From: Eledone cirrhosa
Taxonomy: Eukaryota
Reading direction: 5' to 3'
Length of the DNA: 64,000 nt
NCBI GenBank assembly: GCA_964016885.1
Contig: OZ024743.1
Span: 249,116,001 to 249,180,000 of the forward strand
Shown: positions 1 through 12,949 of the stretch, one piece after another
Layout: each line of letters begins with the position of its first letter
Position numbering within the stretch: position 1 is the stretch's first letter
Made by a program: the position numbers and the translations under genes
Notes under the pieces: model-generated
What the model was told of the DNA's origin: nothing
Databases searched by the model: none
The model's input: the letters and a program-made list of their open reading frames with translations, nothing else

Positions 1-4
1 AGAG

Positions 5-437
5 TAGCATTTCTCAACCTTTTTACCCTTGTGGAACCCTCAAAACAGTCTCAAGGAACCCCTGCATAAAAATTATATACCATAATTAATATCTATCTCT
101 TGATATAATAGGTTGAAGCAAAGAGTTACGGCCCTTTATGATCTGAGTTCAAATCTCACCGAGGTTAACTTTGCCTTTCATCCTTACGGGGTCGATAAAA
201 TAAAGTACCAATAATACACTGGGATAATTGCTGGCCTTGTGCCAAAAGTAGAAACAGTTATAATAACCAAAGATTTTCCAACAATATGCTATGTGTATAG
301 TAAAATTATGAATATAAAATTAAACAAAAATTACTCAAAAATGTATTAGTTTATTTATCCCTGTTTCTTGTGGAACCTCTTGCAACGTCTTGTGGAACCT
401 CTAGCGATCTCTTGTGGAACCCAGTTGAGAAACGCTA
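5..437. mobile_element. hAT/Charlie-like non-autonomous DNA transposon with a SINE inserted inside
   Basis: Terminal inverted repeats TAGCATTTCTCAAC (5-18) / GTTGAGAAACGCTA (424-437); internal GTGGAACC subrepeats; SINE body at ~115-262. Confidence 0.65.
115..262 (+). mobile_element. tRNA-derived SINE family A (Deu/Nin-like core)
   Basis: B-box-like GAGTTCAAATC followed by core TTGCCTTTCATCCTTACGGGGTCGATAAAATAAAGTACCA; same core recurs more than ten times in the window. Confidence 0.8.
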
Positions 438-640
438 GGTTAGAATGTTGGCTCATGATCATAAGGTCATAGGTTCAACTTTTAGATTGGATGGCACATC
501 GTGTCCTTAAATAAAGTACTTCATTTAATATTGCTCCAGTTCACTCACCTGGAAATAAGCTGGGTATTAGCTCTGAGATGGACTGACACCTGATCCAAAG
601 GGGGTGTCTTATACTCTCAGTTGCTTAATGCCACATAAAA
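438..640 (+). mobile_element. tRNA-derived SINE family B
   Basis: GGTTCAA B-box, GTGTCCTT...CTTCATTT...TTGCTCCAGT core; related copies at ~9500-9765(-), ~12130-12358(-), ~20325-20570(-), ~35030-35160(-). Confidence 0.65.
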
Positions 641-669
641 CCACCATAAACTCTGGAGTTCACCTAAAC

Positions 670-1028
670 CAGAGGTTCTCAAACTTTTTGGGCTACTGCC
701 CCTCTCACAGCCACATAATACACTCAGCCACCCCCCTCCCCTATTTCCAGAGGAACCTGCCTACTCGCAAATTGTAAATAATATATAATAAATAAAATCA
801 TTAATCTATATATAATAAATAATATAATATATACTATGTATAAATAAATATTATATATTTTTTACTATATTTATATATAATATGTATCATTTGATATTTA
901 ATATACTATTATATCATCTCTACAGCTCTACAGCCCCCTTAGGCCCCAGTTTCTCCCCTCCGGAGATTCTCAATGCTCCTGGCGGGGTGGGGGTGGGGGT
1001 GGGGGTAGCTCCACTTTGAGAACCTCTG
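670..1028. mobile_element. hAT-superfamily MITE with 8-bp target-site duplication
   Basis: Perfect 14-bp TIR CAGAGGTTCTCAAA / TTTGAGAACCTCTG; identical flanking ACCTAAAC at 662-669 and 1029-1036. Confidence 0.9.
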
Positions 1029-1756
1029 ACCTAAACAGTGCATGAATGGAAGAATGGATGTAGAACCATTGGTAACTATATTGAGAGAAGGAAAAGCAGT
1101 ACCAATGACCTTTTTCAGTGCCTCTAAGCCTAGTAGAGAATAAGGGAAGAAGAGAAAAAGTTATCTTTACACAAAGACATAGCCATAAGTCTTGCTACAG
1201 AATATACCTCTGTTAAAAGAACTGAAGGACCAGGTGGAGGTATTGAATTAGGTGACAGGTAAACGTTTTAAATTCTGGACACCAGCTATGTGCAGTCCCC
1301 AACCCCAATGTTCCACATAAAAGTCACTGAAAAAAGAATAGACATCAATTAAATCTGAGAAAATGATAATGTATGAACTTAATAAAGATCACAGCAATGG
1401 CTTACCAAAGAATTCAGGCTAAAGCAATGATGTAAAACAATTGTAAATTCATTCAGAAAGTGATGTAAATAACAGTAAACTTAAATATATGGCACAATAT
1501 AATACTAGGATGTTGCAATATATATATCGGGTAGTTTCCATCTACCAAATTCACTCACAAGGCAATGGTTGGCCCAAGTCTATAGGAGAAGACACTTACC
1601 AAAGGTACCACTTGAAAAAATAGTACTTGGGTAGATACATTCAACTAAATTCCTTCAAGGCTGTGACTCTGCACGGCTATAGTCTAAAGCCTAAAATTAG
1701 TAAAATAATAAGAATATATAATTACGTTATCCTGTTGAATATTTTTTATTAATTGG

Positions 1757-1996
1757 TTAACATTTTGATACTGACCAAAACTGGCTCTGGTTCTATGAAA
1801 CAAAACCACTCATTTTCAAGAGTTCCTATTTAAATTTTAATCTTCTAATATAATTTTATATAAGAACCATATGTTAAGAAACTAACTTAGTAATGAAATA
1901 ATTATTAATTTTAGCAAGTTAACTTCCTCAAAATTCTTTATTAATTAATTGAAATAGAGTGTTATTTCGTTAGCGATACAATTATGAAAAGGTTAA
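1757..1996. mobile_element. piggyBac-type MITE (~240 bp, TTAA-flanked), degenerate copy
   Basis: TTAA at both ends; internal sequence shared with copies at 3094, 5095, 11172, 11725, 14279, 38157, 47568, 60432. Confidence 0.6.
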
Positions 1997-2016
1997 TATG
2001 TTCTTCATCTTTTCAG

Positions 2017-2162
2017 AATGTTTATTATCATGAAAGGTATGTTGTCAATCTATGTTCAGGATTTATTAAATGATGTCGACCAATTAAATATGATAAATTC
2101 CATCTGCAAAGGTGAACTACTAGAAGACAGATCTATACTAGGAGAATATAAAGCAAGTACAG
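2017..2162 (+). CDS. CNBD2-like cyclic-nucleotide-binding protein, internal exon (MFIIMKGMLSIYV...KAST)
   Basis: tttcag acceptor, gtaag donor; FII.KG...IY is the CNB beta-strand motif; phase 1 end joins the exon at 3705. Confidence 0.85.
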
Positions 2163-2819
2163 GTAAGTTTTTAAGACACTAGGATGCATGATTTGAGGGA
2201 GATTTAGTTGCTATTTCTAGAAGTTTAAATGTTTGCTAAGAAGTTGTCATTAGTTACCATGTAGAGCAGGCATGGGTAAGCTTTTACATGTAATAGGCTA
2301 CATGAGATATGGCTCATCATAAAGTGGGCCTCACTATTAAAAAAAATACAAGGTAATTTTTCATGAGGCATACCATTCAGAAAGTGAAACAAGCTATATG
2401 TGGCCCATGGGCTGCTGTTTGCCCACAACTGATGTAGAGGATGCCTTAGTCATTATTGTTTAACCATAGGTTTAGTCTGAAGAAATAGAACTATGATGAA
2501 AGTCGTTCCAGAAGTGGCCACCTCTCCTTTTGTATATCAGGGAATATGCTACCCAACATGTCCTTCTGTTTTGAAGACTGTAGGCTCTGTGATTTGAGGA
2601 GAATTTGGTTGCTATTTTTAACAGTTCAAGGGATTGCTCAGAAGCTCCCTCATTAGTCTGTGTCTCTTATTGTTGTTATTCTTGAGTCATGCCTGATTGA
2701 GCAGGTGTCCCAACTGTGACCACCCTCTTCCTTTCCCAACAACAGAAAGGTACACACACACACACACAAGTGCAACGTTTTTAACTCGTCTTGTTTCTCA
2801 TATGCACCATACAACTGGA

Positions 2820-2980
2820 CAAGCACAGGCTTAAGAAATTCACTTCACAACTACACGGTTCTGTGTTCAACGCCACTGTGTATCACATTGGATAGTGTCT
2901 TCTATTGTAGCCTATGTTGACCAATATCTTGTGAGTGAAATTTGATAGATAGCAACTGAGCAGAAACCTGTTGTGTATAT
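2820..2980 (+). mobile_element. tRNA-derived SINE family C
   Basis: GTGTCTTCTATTGTAGCCT...CTTGTGAGTGAAATTTGATAG body; copies at ~25410-25555(-), ~34425-34560(-), ~42860-42995(-), ~44305-44470(+), ~47255-47410(-). Confidence 0.65.
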
Positions 2981-3704
2981 ATATAGATGAGTGTGTGTTG
3001 GGTGGGGGTGGGTTGTTTGCATATACTAATGTAATATGTAATGCATTGAGTTGTACACTGCAAATTATGGTAAATATTCTGATAGAGTAAAGAGTTATCT
3101 TTTTGGTACCAAACATCTTGAAACCACCTCTAGTTCTATGATACAAAATTGTTTGATTTAAAGTGTTTATATTTATCTAGAATATTTCCATCATAATTTT
3201 ATGTAATAACCTTTGTTAAGTTACATTCCAAATACCATATGAATGAAAAAATTTAGTTATTTTACTAAATCCTGCCAAACTCTTGATTAGTTTCAAATTT
3301 ATAGGTTGTGTCTTTCCTTAGAAATATGATAATGAAAGGATTAAACTAATGAACATTTGTATTTGATGGAAAATTTGGAAAGGAAAAAATTATTTAAATT
3401 TAATAATTCTGAAATACTAATGATTATTATAGCAAATTGTAATGTATGTTATTACTGCCATGTTTTGTAAACAAGGTACCAGAAGTGGAGGTAATAGCGT
3501 AAAAGAAGTTCAACTGTTGTGACTAGTCTAGGAATAACAGTTGAATAAAATAAATATAAACAAGCTTGTATTTCCTGTGTTTTGTAAATAAAACAGCTTT
3601 CTATTTTGATCATGTCTTCTCACAGCCTGAGGAACTATTACAATTATAATGATGATTTCATTAGTGTTTTTTGCTAGTATCAGCTGTTTATATATCTTAT
3701 ACAG

Positions 3705-4014
3705 GTGCTAGCTCTGTGGTTGGAGAACTGGCTCTTATCAAGAAGGATTGTGTACGCATTGCAAGTGTTGTTGTGGATGAAGAAACGGACCTTATAGTGA
3801 TTGATCAAGAGTTGTACAACCGATCAGTGCGTGAAACCCTTGAGAGAGACTACATTGAACGTCGCAAGTTTGTACTTGATAATCCTTTGTTCAAAGGTCT
3901 TGCACACAAAACAAGGCGTCAGTTAATTATCTGTTTGAAAAAAGAAACCTTTCAATATGGAAACACTATTGTAAGGCAAGGATCTCCCCTCGATAAAACT
4001 TATTTTATTTTAGA
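3705..4014 (+). CDS. CNBD2-like exon with phosphate-binding cassette GELALIKKDCVRIASVV and start of the second CNB domain
   Basis: acag acceptor, gtaagt donor; GELAL...R.A motif; F..G..IVRQG...YFIL of CNB-B. Confidence 0.92.
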
Positions 4015-5094
4015 GTAAGTTAACTATCAACATTTATTCAATGCAAACATGCACATATACAGTGAACCCTCATTAAACCATACTATTAGGGGTGGAAGAG
4101 TATCTCTTTTGGTCTATTGCCTGTATTACTCAATGATAAGGGTTAATATTGTAAAGGGTAGTGGATTGGCAGAATTGGTAGAGTATCAGATAAACTGTCA
4201 TTACAGTATTTGTTCTGGCTCTTACATTCTGATTTCAAATCCCACTAAGGTCAAATTTGCCTTTCATCTCTCTAGGTCAATAAAATAAAGTACCAGTCAT
4301 GTACTGGAGTTGATTTAATCAACTTTGCCCCTACCCTAAATTTTCTGGCCATATGCTTCAATTAGAAATTGATATTAAATGCATACAATATTGGACATAT
4401 ACACACTGAACATTAAACCTGATAAACAATAAAAAAATTATGGAAAATATCATAAAGGTCATATAACTATATAAAACATCTAAATATATATATATCATAA
4501 AATTATCCAACATTAGAGTATGTAAGAATTAATAAGATAATACTATCAATTGTTTATTTCATTTACCTAACTTACATGACAAATGAACTTACATGACAAA
4601 TGAACTTAATGTGTTGGAGGTGAGGTTAGTATTGCCCATCACACTCACAGAAGTCTGGTTAGATGCTCTTTTTAACATGAACAACATTACAGGGTGCAGT
4701 GGGTGCATTTTATCATGGCACCAACACTACCACTTTACAGAGTGTACTGAGTGCATTTTATCGTAGCCTAGTGGTTAAGATTTAAACTTACGAACATGTC
4801 ATATGGAACACATGAAGAAAATGAGTTCTGTCTGACCTGTCTAGCTTTAGACCATGACAATCTGTCCAACCCATGGCAGCATGAAAGGTGGAAGTAAAAT
4901 GATAATGATAATGATGATACATATACACTTAAAATTCATTCTAAAAGTGTGCAGACCTAATAAAATATATTACTCTCTTAACTCGGTTTTCATCTGGTTT
5001 ATCCAATATGGGTTAATAAAGGTTCACTGTACACACATTTGTATATAAATGATACTTACAATCTAATATGTTATAACCCATACATATTAGATGT

Positions 5095-5337
5095 TTAGCC
5101 CTTTTGATATCAAATTGTATGAAACTGCTCCTGGTTTTATTTGAATGGGTTCATATCTATTAAAATATTCCCCATCATAACTTTATGTAAGAATCTTTAG
5201 TTATGCTCCAAACACCAGCTTAATATTGAGAAAGTTAGTTATATTACTAAATTACTCTAAATTCTTGGTTGTTTTCAAAATAATTTGAAAATCATAGGCA
5301 GTAAATTTCATCAGAAATATGGTATCGGAAGGGTTAA
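5095..5337. mobile_element. piggyBac-type MITE
   Basis: TTAG-CCCCTTTT ... GAAGGG-TTAA termini; same internal sequence as the other copies. Confidence 0.7.
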
Positions 5338-6448
5338 ATCAATGTAATTATCTCTTCTGGTTTTATTGTTCAACCAACCTCAATACACCTCATCTCCCTT
5401 TCTGATGTGGTTTGCCTGTAATAACTGTTCATATTCCCCTATCATACAGTAGAATGCTTTCTATAAGAGTTAATAAAGTTGTAAGTGGAGGAAGACATTT
5501 TTAAAACTATCTTTTCAAACCTTTTAACTCTTTGAGTACTAAAAATGTACCAATATGTCTTTTACTCTCTCCTTTAATTTTGTTCCAAAGATGTACTGGT
5601 ATATCTTTTATCTCCCTCCTGTTGTAATCCAAATATATACTAAAGTGTTTGTTATCCTCTACATATTTTGTGCCAAAGATGTACTGGTATGTCTTATTTA
5701 ATTTGTGAAGCACAGGTCAAGACAAAGCAAATAAAACAAATTTGATCAAAATACCATGAATTTTACTTTTTAACAATTTTTGAAAAATGCAAAAATTAAT
5801 GTGCAATCCCTGCCTGGGGCAGTAAAATGCCACAAAATAGCACTGACACTCAAAGAGTGTCCATGACAATAATATCTGCCAGTCCACAATACACACTTTT
5901 AATAACTCTTCATATAGTATAAATTTCACAGTTGATCAAAATACATAAATTCAATATTTTTAATATGTTTAACAACATTGGGTATAGAGGACTCTTCAGT
6001 CAAGTGAAGGAGCAAACAACCTTCCTTGTTCTGGTGCCACAATAAAAAGCACCTAGTACAAAGGAGTTGGTGTTAGGAAGGGCATCCAACCATACAAACT
6101 ATGCCAAATAAAGCACTGAGAGGGTTCTTCAATTATGTCAAGAACACATCTTTAGTGTTGGTGCCATGATAAAATGCACCCAGTACACACTGTAAAGTGG
6201 TTTGCATTAGGAAGGGCATCTAGATGCAGAAACCATTCCAAAACAATAATGAAAATGAAACATGGCTTTCCAACCAACCAATCTAAGACAGTAACTTTGA
6301 TTAAGTACTGACCTGGTCAGTGATGATCTGTCAAAACTATGTTAACACAGAAAAACAGATATAAAATGATGTTTATGATGAAAAACCTTAATTTTTTTAA
6401 TATACATTTTTTTTTTAAAGACTGAGTCTATTTATATTATATTTTTAG

Positions 6449-6547
6449 AGGAGAAGTTGAAGTTATTATCAACCCTGCAGCTATACGTATGCAATACAAG
6501 GCAGTATATGAAGACATGGCATTCATTTTGCCCCAGTTGATGTCACA
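6449..6547 (+). CDS. CNBD2-like exon (GEVEVIINPAAIRMQYKAVYEDMAFILPQLMS)
   Basis: ttttag acceptor, gtaag donor; phase 2-2; completes YFILEGEVEV CNB motif. Confidence 0.88.
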
Positions 6548-6859
6548 GTAAGACATTTTCCTGTATACTCAATTGTTTCTTTAGATTGCTCATCAAAAAT
6601 AAAAGAATGAATCAAAATATCTCTTAAATTATTATGTAAAAAACAAAAGAAAAACTAACATTATATCTATCTATATATCACTAAAAGTCTGTGATTGCTT
6701 GCTTGTCTGTAATGTAATACAGCCAAAAGGGCACATAATGGGAAAATACTTTGAAAGGAAGTTGCTCCTGAAATGTGAATACAAATGGAATAAAACAAGT
6801 TTTGCGTAAATCAAAACACGGGTTCCCGAGATATGGGGTTTTCTGGTTACCTTCATAAA

Positions 6860-6963
6860 CAGAGAGAGAGAGAAGGATAGAGAGAAAGAGATAGTGGTTG
6901 TGAGAGAGTAGATTGAAAGAGAGACATAGAGAGAGAAGAATGGAAGAGAGTTGGTGTTGTTGT

Positions 6964-6994
<31 letters not shown>

Positions 6995-7156
6995 GAGTGT
7001 GTGTGTATATATATATATGTGTGTGTGTCTATGAATAGTGTATATAGATCACAGACACCCACATATATATATACACACACACATACATATATATGTATAC
7101 AAACACACACATTTATATATATACATACACACATGTATATATATATATATATATAT
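6860..7156. repeat. compound (GA)n/(TA)n/(CA)n microsatellite
   Basis: Directly visible dinucleotide runs. Confidence 0.9.
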
Positions 7157-7409
7157 AAATGAAACTGGAAGGCCCATATCATGATGATGATGATGATGAC
7201 GATATGGGCCTTCCAGTTTCATTTCACATTATAAACATGCCTGTGTATATTTTAATTATTTAAATTTTATTTTTAAGTGAACATGATTTTAAAAAAATAT
7301 ATTTTGAAGTGAATGTGACTCAACACGTCACGGGTGGTCCAGTTAAAAATAAAAGCTGAATTCAGGGGGTACTTTTTTAAATTGGAAACTGCAATAATAA
7401 ATATAATTC

Positions 7410-7905
7410 AGGTGTATTCTTGCTTTGTAGACCTCGAAATGGCATATGACCACATTCTGTGGAACCTGTGGTGGAAGGTTCTGTAGGAGTATGGGATTGA
7501 CACTATATGAATGCCCAAATATTTGTGTTCAGATAAATGGTGTTAAATCAAAACCATTCAATGTGGGTATCAGACTCTGCCAAGGTTGCATACTGTCATC
7601 TCTCCTGTTCATATGCACAGCCAGGTTGGAAGTGGTATAATGACTAGTAGGTGTAGGATCAGTGGCTGGAATCTGCAAACAACTTGGTATTACTTAGCCT
7701 GTCAGATGATGATCTCTAACATGAACTTGATAAGTATGATGCCAAGTGATGCATGGCTGGAATGAAAATCAGTACTGCAAAGATTGAGATACTTGTCCTC
7801 TCAAGGAAGCCTCCACAGTGCATTCTGCATGTAAATGGAATTCCACTGAAGCAGATGGAAAAGTTGAAATATTTCGAACTGTTTACAAGTGATGGAAGGC
7901 AGGAA
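7410..7905 (+). mobile_element. decayed LINE reverse-transcriptase fragment (RTE-like)
   Basis: FVDLE.AYD, SKPFNVGIRLCQGCILSSLLF and GMKISTAKIE motifs, interrupted by stops. Confidence 0.75.
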
Positions 7906-8149
7906 GCTGAATTAAGTGCAATTCACAATCTAAAAATAAAATTATATAATAATTTACTGAGAAATTTTATAATAATCAAAATGCACCCAGTATACTCTGT
8001 AAGACTTTTTAAGGGTGTTCGGCTGCAGAAACCATGCCAAATATGGAATATATCAGAGCATGGCATGGTTGCTATGATCTGTTTAGTCTCAGACCATGAT
8101 AACCAGTCCAACCCATGCCAGTGTAGAAAGCAGATGTAAAATGATGATA

Positions 8150-8700
8150 GTCATGATCATTTTACATCTTTTCCATACTTGCATGGGTTAGACAAATACT
8201 CTCTACTACAACATCTTGTACTACACTCAACTTGTTTTTTTTTCTCTGTGAGGTTCAGTTTCTTGAGATCATCTCTTACTAACCCTGTCCTCATTTTTCT
8301 TGGGCTCCTTCCGTGGCTTTTTTCCACAGGGAACTCCAGCACATCTTTAACCAACAGTGCCACCTTCTATCCTGCATGCTACATCTGATTCCTTTTATGT
8401 GCAGTTTTTCTCTCAGCTAATTCATGCTTTGTTATTCATCCATACTAACATTACACATATCCAACAGAGTCTGCTTAAATTCTTTTCTCTCCAATCTTCA
8501 CAAATTTTCTGCATGTATCAGCCACATCTCACTACCATGCACTTCTCATGTAGGTATTATAGAATATATCCTTTGCTCAGAGAAAGAATCCTTTTGTTGC
8601 CAACAGAAGTAGTAGTTCTCTGGATTTTTTTTCAGAGTGTTCAAATTCAAGCCCCTATTCTTTCAAATCAACTTCCTTCATTGCTAATTAAAATGTATAC
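8150..8700 (-). mobile_element. decayed RTE LINE 3' fragment
   Basis: GRSPRK..VRDDLKKLNL C-terminus and CCATGCAAGTATGGAAAAG...(GAT)n 3' tail on minus strand. Confidence 0.7.
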
Positions 8701-8871
8701 CAACTTACTTTCTGATTCTTTAAAATAATTGTTGTAATAATTTTAAAATTCTGTCTTTTTGTCCAAATGAAACAAGACATTGAAAACATCCCAAAATGTT
8801 TTGAATGGTTGAAATAATTGTTCTTGTTCACAGAAAACTTCTAAACTTTACTAAGTTCTTTTTTTATTTAG

Positions 8872-8963
8872 AGAAAGATATGTGAAAGGAAATATAGAAC
8901 TGATGGAAAAGAACAGAAGTAATCATCGTCAGCTATGTTTATTAGGTGCCAATGAACACATTG
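8872..8963 (+). CDS. CNBD2-like exon (ERYVKGNIELMEKNRSNHRQLCLLGANEHI)
   Basis: polypyrimidine + tag acceptor, gtaagt donor; phase 2 to phase 1, consistent with neighbours. Confidence 0.85.
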
Positions 8964-9274
8964 GTAAGTAAATAGAAAAGCCAAATAAGTTGTTTTATTT
9001 ATTTATTTAATACTTTTAGAAAACAATAACTATATCAAATTATATTCCAATTAAATAATAAAATGCTTATGGTTTTGCAAGAGCAACAAATAAAGAGAAA
9101 AAAAAAGGGTCAGAAAGGAGAGAAAAGAAGAAGAAAATGAGAGGAGACAAGCACACTCAATTTCATGCTACAACAGGCAATGCTGGTGTTTCCCCTCTAA
9201 ACATTTTTGAGGCAAGCTAAGACACTTATGGCATTACCGCGGGTATTAGTAAGGCTAAAGCACTGGAATAGTGA

Positions 9275-9407
9275 AGCATCCTCATGATCACCTGATATGA
9301 TGTGGTGATTATCAGAGTTATTGTAAAAGGGACTGTATGTAGCATCCTCATGATCACCTGATATGATGTGGTGATTATCAGAGTTATTGTAAAAGGGACT
9401 GTATGTA
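9275..9407. repeat. perfect 66-bp tandem duplication
   Basis: AGCATCCTCATGATCACC...GGGACTGTATGT starts at both 9275 and 9341. Confidence 0.95.
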
Positions 9408-9841
9408 ATCATGGAACATGTATAATCAAAACTATTTTATAAAGATAGAAAAAGCATTTTGAAAAACAGATATTTAAAGTTAATCTCTTTGTTGAGCCCA
9501 GAGGCTTAGCAGGCTGGAGCTTCTCCTGGTTTAATGTGGCAGTAAGCATCTAAGAGTATAAGACTCCTTCAAGGATGGGATGCCAGTTCATCACAAGGTT
9601 ATTCTGCAGCTGTTGCTGCTGGCACACATTTTTCCAGCTGAGTGGACTCGAGCAAGATAAAATGAAGTGCCTTTTTCAAGGACAATGTGCCACTCAGTAA
9701 GTATCAAACCTTGCACTTTTCAGTTCTGAGCTGAACATTCTAACCCCTAAGACACATGCCTCCAAAGATATAGGTTTCTGGGCTTGGAACAGAATTTAGT
9801 TACATGAGATATTACTGACCTTAAAAATTATTTACTTTCAG

Positions 9842-10443
9842 GTTTAATAGAACATTGTCTTGGTCTTGGAACATATATTGAGACAGCTATCACAACCCGA
9901 ACTTCCCATCTTATGGTGCTAGAAAAACGTCATGAAGATTTATTTTTGAAGAAAACAGGCATTGGGTTACAAAACAATGAACATTTTCAGAATGCTGCCT
10001 ACTTTAGGTTATCACTGTATGCTCACCGCTGCCCAATACCTGATTCTAGCTCGATTTTTAAATATTTTCTGCTGAAACTACAAGATGAATCTATGTTGCT
10101 TGACCTCCGTAAACAGAAATCTTTTACCACCACCACCACTACCACCACCACCACAACCACTACCACCACTACAAAGAAACAAACTTTTCACAATAATCAG
10201 TTATCTAAACAGAAAGAAGACAAAAACAGAGTTGGCATTTCTAACATTCAAATATCAAGGATAAAAAGACCTGTATCAGAAGCTTTTGAAAGGCAACTGC
10301 AAAGACAGAATACAGAGAAGATTATTCTTTCACATGCCCAGCAATTATTTCTTAAGTGGAAAGCATACACCAAAAGTAACAATACAGCTTTGAAACCAAA
10401 GCCTGATGAAAAAAGAAATGAACAAAAAATTAAACTGAAATAG
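9842..10443 (+). CDS. CNBD2-like terminal coding exon (GLIEHCLGLGTYIETAIT...KIKLK*) containing poly-Thr
   Basis: tttcag acceptor, open frame to TAG at 10441-10443; phase matches the previous exon. Confidence 0.85.
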
Positions 10444-10549
10444 TGATCAAGAAAAATATATTTAAATATAGTTACACATAATGTATAGCTATGTATATTA
10501 TATAACTACACAACGTAATGTGTAGCTATATATATTTATTATACCCATG

Positions 10550-10692
10550 ATAATTCTTGGCAGAGATTGAAACCTCCACCTGTCTATTGTGACACCAATA
10601 TAACTATCTACAAATGCCTTTATCCATAAGGTCAACAAGACTATGACAGTCACCACAGAATGGGGGAGGTTTCAATCTTTGCCAATAATTAT
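10550..10692. mobile_element. short inverted-repeat element (MITE-like) in the predicted 3' UTR
   Basis: ATAATTCTTGGCAGAGATTGAAACCTCC ... GGAGGTTTCAATCTTTGCCAATAATTAT imperfect TIRs. Confidence 0.6.
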
Positions 10693-11171
10693 TGTAGCTA
10701 TATACAGAATTGGTTAAGCCAAATAAGCAAGTTTTATTCAAATTAAATTTATTTGTCATTTAAAAAGATAAGAAAATTGAAGATTCTATATATGGGGGAA
10801 TTATAATCTTAAGTGCTTAGGGCTTCAAAATGACTTAATCTAATCCTGTGTATATATTATAGATTTGAACTCTATTTTATTTTATCTATTAGCAAACTTT
10901 ACTTTATAATGTGACACTGCTCCACTCCACACCCATCCAAAACCATATTAAATATAAACCACCATTACATAAATTATCTTTTCAGAAACACAGACAAATC
11001 CTAGTTTTACTGAAAAGAATTTTATTAAATCAAATGGAGGCTAACTGAATGACTTGTATAACACAAGAGCAAAAATTGAGTAACGACTGGATTATGAGGC
11101 ATATAAGTTAGTTGAATTTCCATCTATTTAATTTTAATATATGTACTCTTTGTTCAGTCATAGATTAGTCT

Positions 11172-11434
11172 TTAACTCTTTCATATCCATATTTCTAATG
11201 AAATACACTGCCTATGTATTTCAATTAATTTTGAAAATAACCAAACATTTAATGAAATTTAATAAAATAACTAAGTTTTTCATTAGTAAGTTGATGTTTG
11301 GAACATTCCTTAAGAAAATATCTAAAATACGATTTTGATCAAAAGTTTTAATATAAGGTTAAATCTTTTAAAATGAGCAATTTTGTATGATAAATTCAGG
11401 GTGGTTTTAGGTGGTTTCCTATCAAAAGAGTTAA
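11172..11434. mobile_element. piggyBac-type MITE
   Basis: TTAA-CTCTTT ... AAAGAG-TTAA termini. Confidence 0.7.
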
Positions 11435-11724
11435 TATGTAAATATCAAATTAAGCATAAGGGTTTTATGTTTATATATATTTCCAATAACTATGGTAAGA
11501 GTTTTAGTAGAAAACTGATATATTTTCTTCATTGAGGGTATTTATTTCATTGTACCAGTTTCTAACATAATATTAGTGTAAGTGGTCAAAACAATAGATG
11601 ATTTCTTGTATATTGAAATTGTATATGAATAGCCAGCAGTGTATCAGAAGGCAGTAATGAATACTGTATACATAAAGTTATTTCTATATTTATAATCTTT
11701 TTATATTATATTTCATCATTATAG

Positions 11725-11935
11725 TTAACCCATCTGTTACGATATTTCTAATGATTTTCAAATAATTTTGAAAATAACTTTCTCATTATTAAGCTGGTGT
11801 CTGTAGCATAACTTAAAGGTTCTTACATAAAACTATGATGGAAAATTTTTATATGAATATAAACACTTCAAAAGAAACAGCTCTGTGTTGTAGAACTAGG
11901 GTTGGTTATAAGTAGCTTGGTATTAAAAGGGTTAA
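11725..11935. mobile_element. piggyBac-type MITE
   Basis: TTAA-CCC ... AAAGGG-TTAA termini. Confidence 0.75.
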
Positions 11936-11980
11936 GTAACTATTAATGAAAATTCTCTTAGTTAATAATGCATATTAACT

Positions 11981-12016
<36 letters not shown>

Positions 12017-12949
12017 TAGAGAGAACGAGAGAAAGAGAGAGAGAGAGAGAGGGGGGGGACACTATTGTTTTTTATATCAGTTCTTCCATACTTACAAGGG
12101 TTGGATGAATGAGGCGAGAATTTATACCAGTGTCATGAAGCATTAAGTGGTTGAGAATACAAAATACCCTTTAGGTGGGATACCAGTCTGCTGTAGGGCT
12201 GACTCTCAGATGTTGCTGGTACTCATTTTCAGCTGAGCGAAGTGGAAACAATGTGAAAGGAAGTGCCTTACCCAAGGATACAAATCACTACTGACTGAGA
12301 ATTGAACCCACAATATTATCATCATAAGCTCAACACCCTAACCACTAGGCCATGCACATATGAAAGTGTTGGTAAATTCAATTGTATTAATGGTAAAGTG
12401 GGTAGTAAGTTGTTAACAGAATGGTTAGCAACTGATGAAAGAAAAATTTGCTATTGATGACATTTCATCATTTGTGATTGTATTTCTATAATTTTCAAAT
12501 AATCTTGAAAATAATGAAGAAAATAATAGGATTTAGTTATATAACTAACTCTATCATTTTAAGCTGGTGCTTGGAGCATAGCTTAAGGTTCTTACATAAA
12601 ATTATGATGGAAGGTTTTTCAGATAAATACAATCACTTTGAAACAAACAGTTTTGTATGAGAACCACAGGCAGTTTCAAGCAGTTTGGTGTAAAAAATGT
12701 TAAGTGGGTAAAAAGCTAATTCAAGTAGATATTAAAATAATATTTAGTGTTGGTTTCAAATAACTCAAAGTTGGTTTCAGACAATGTTTTCTGGAAGATA
12801 ATCTTAATGCGCAACTTATATTTAACAATATTTAGCTATATTTCCTAATTTGCCATACTTTAAAAAATTCATCAATTGAAATGTGCAAATAAAAAATAAA
12901 TATTTGCAAAGGTTATGAGTGAAATATGTGAATAATATAAATATATTAG

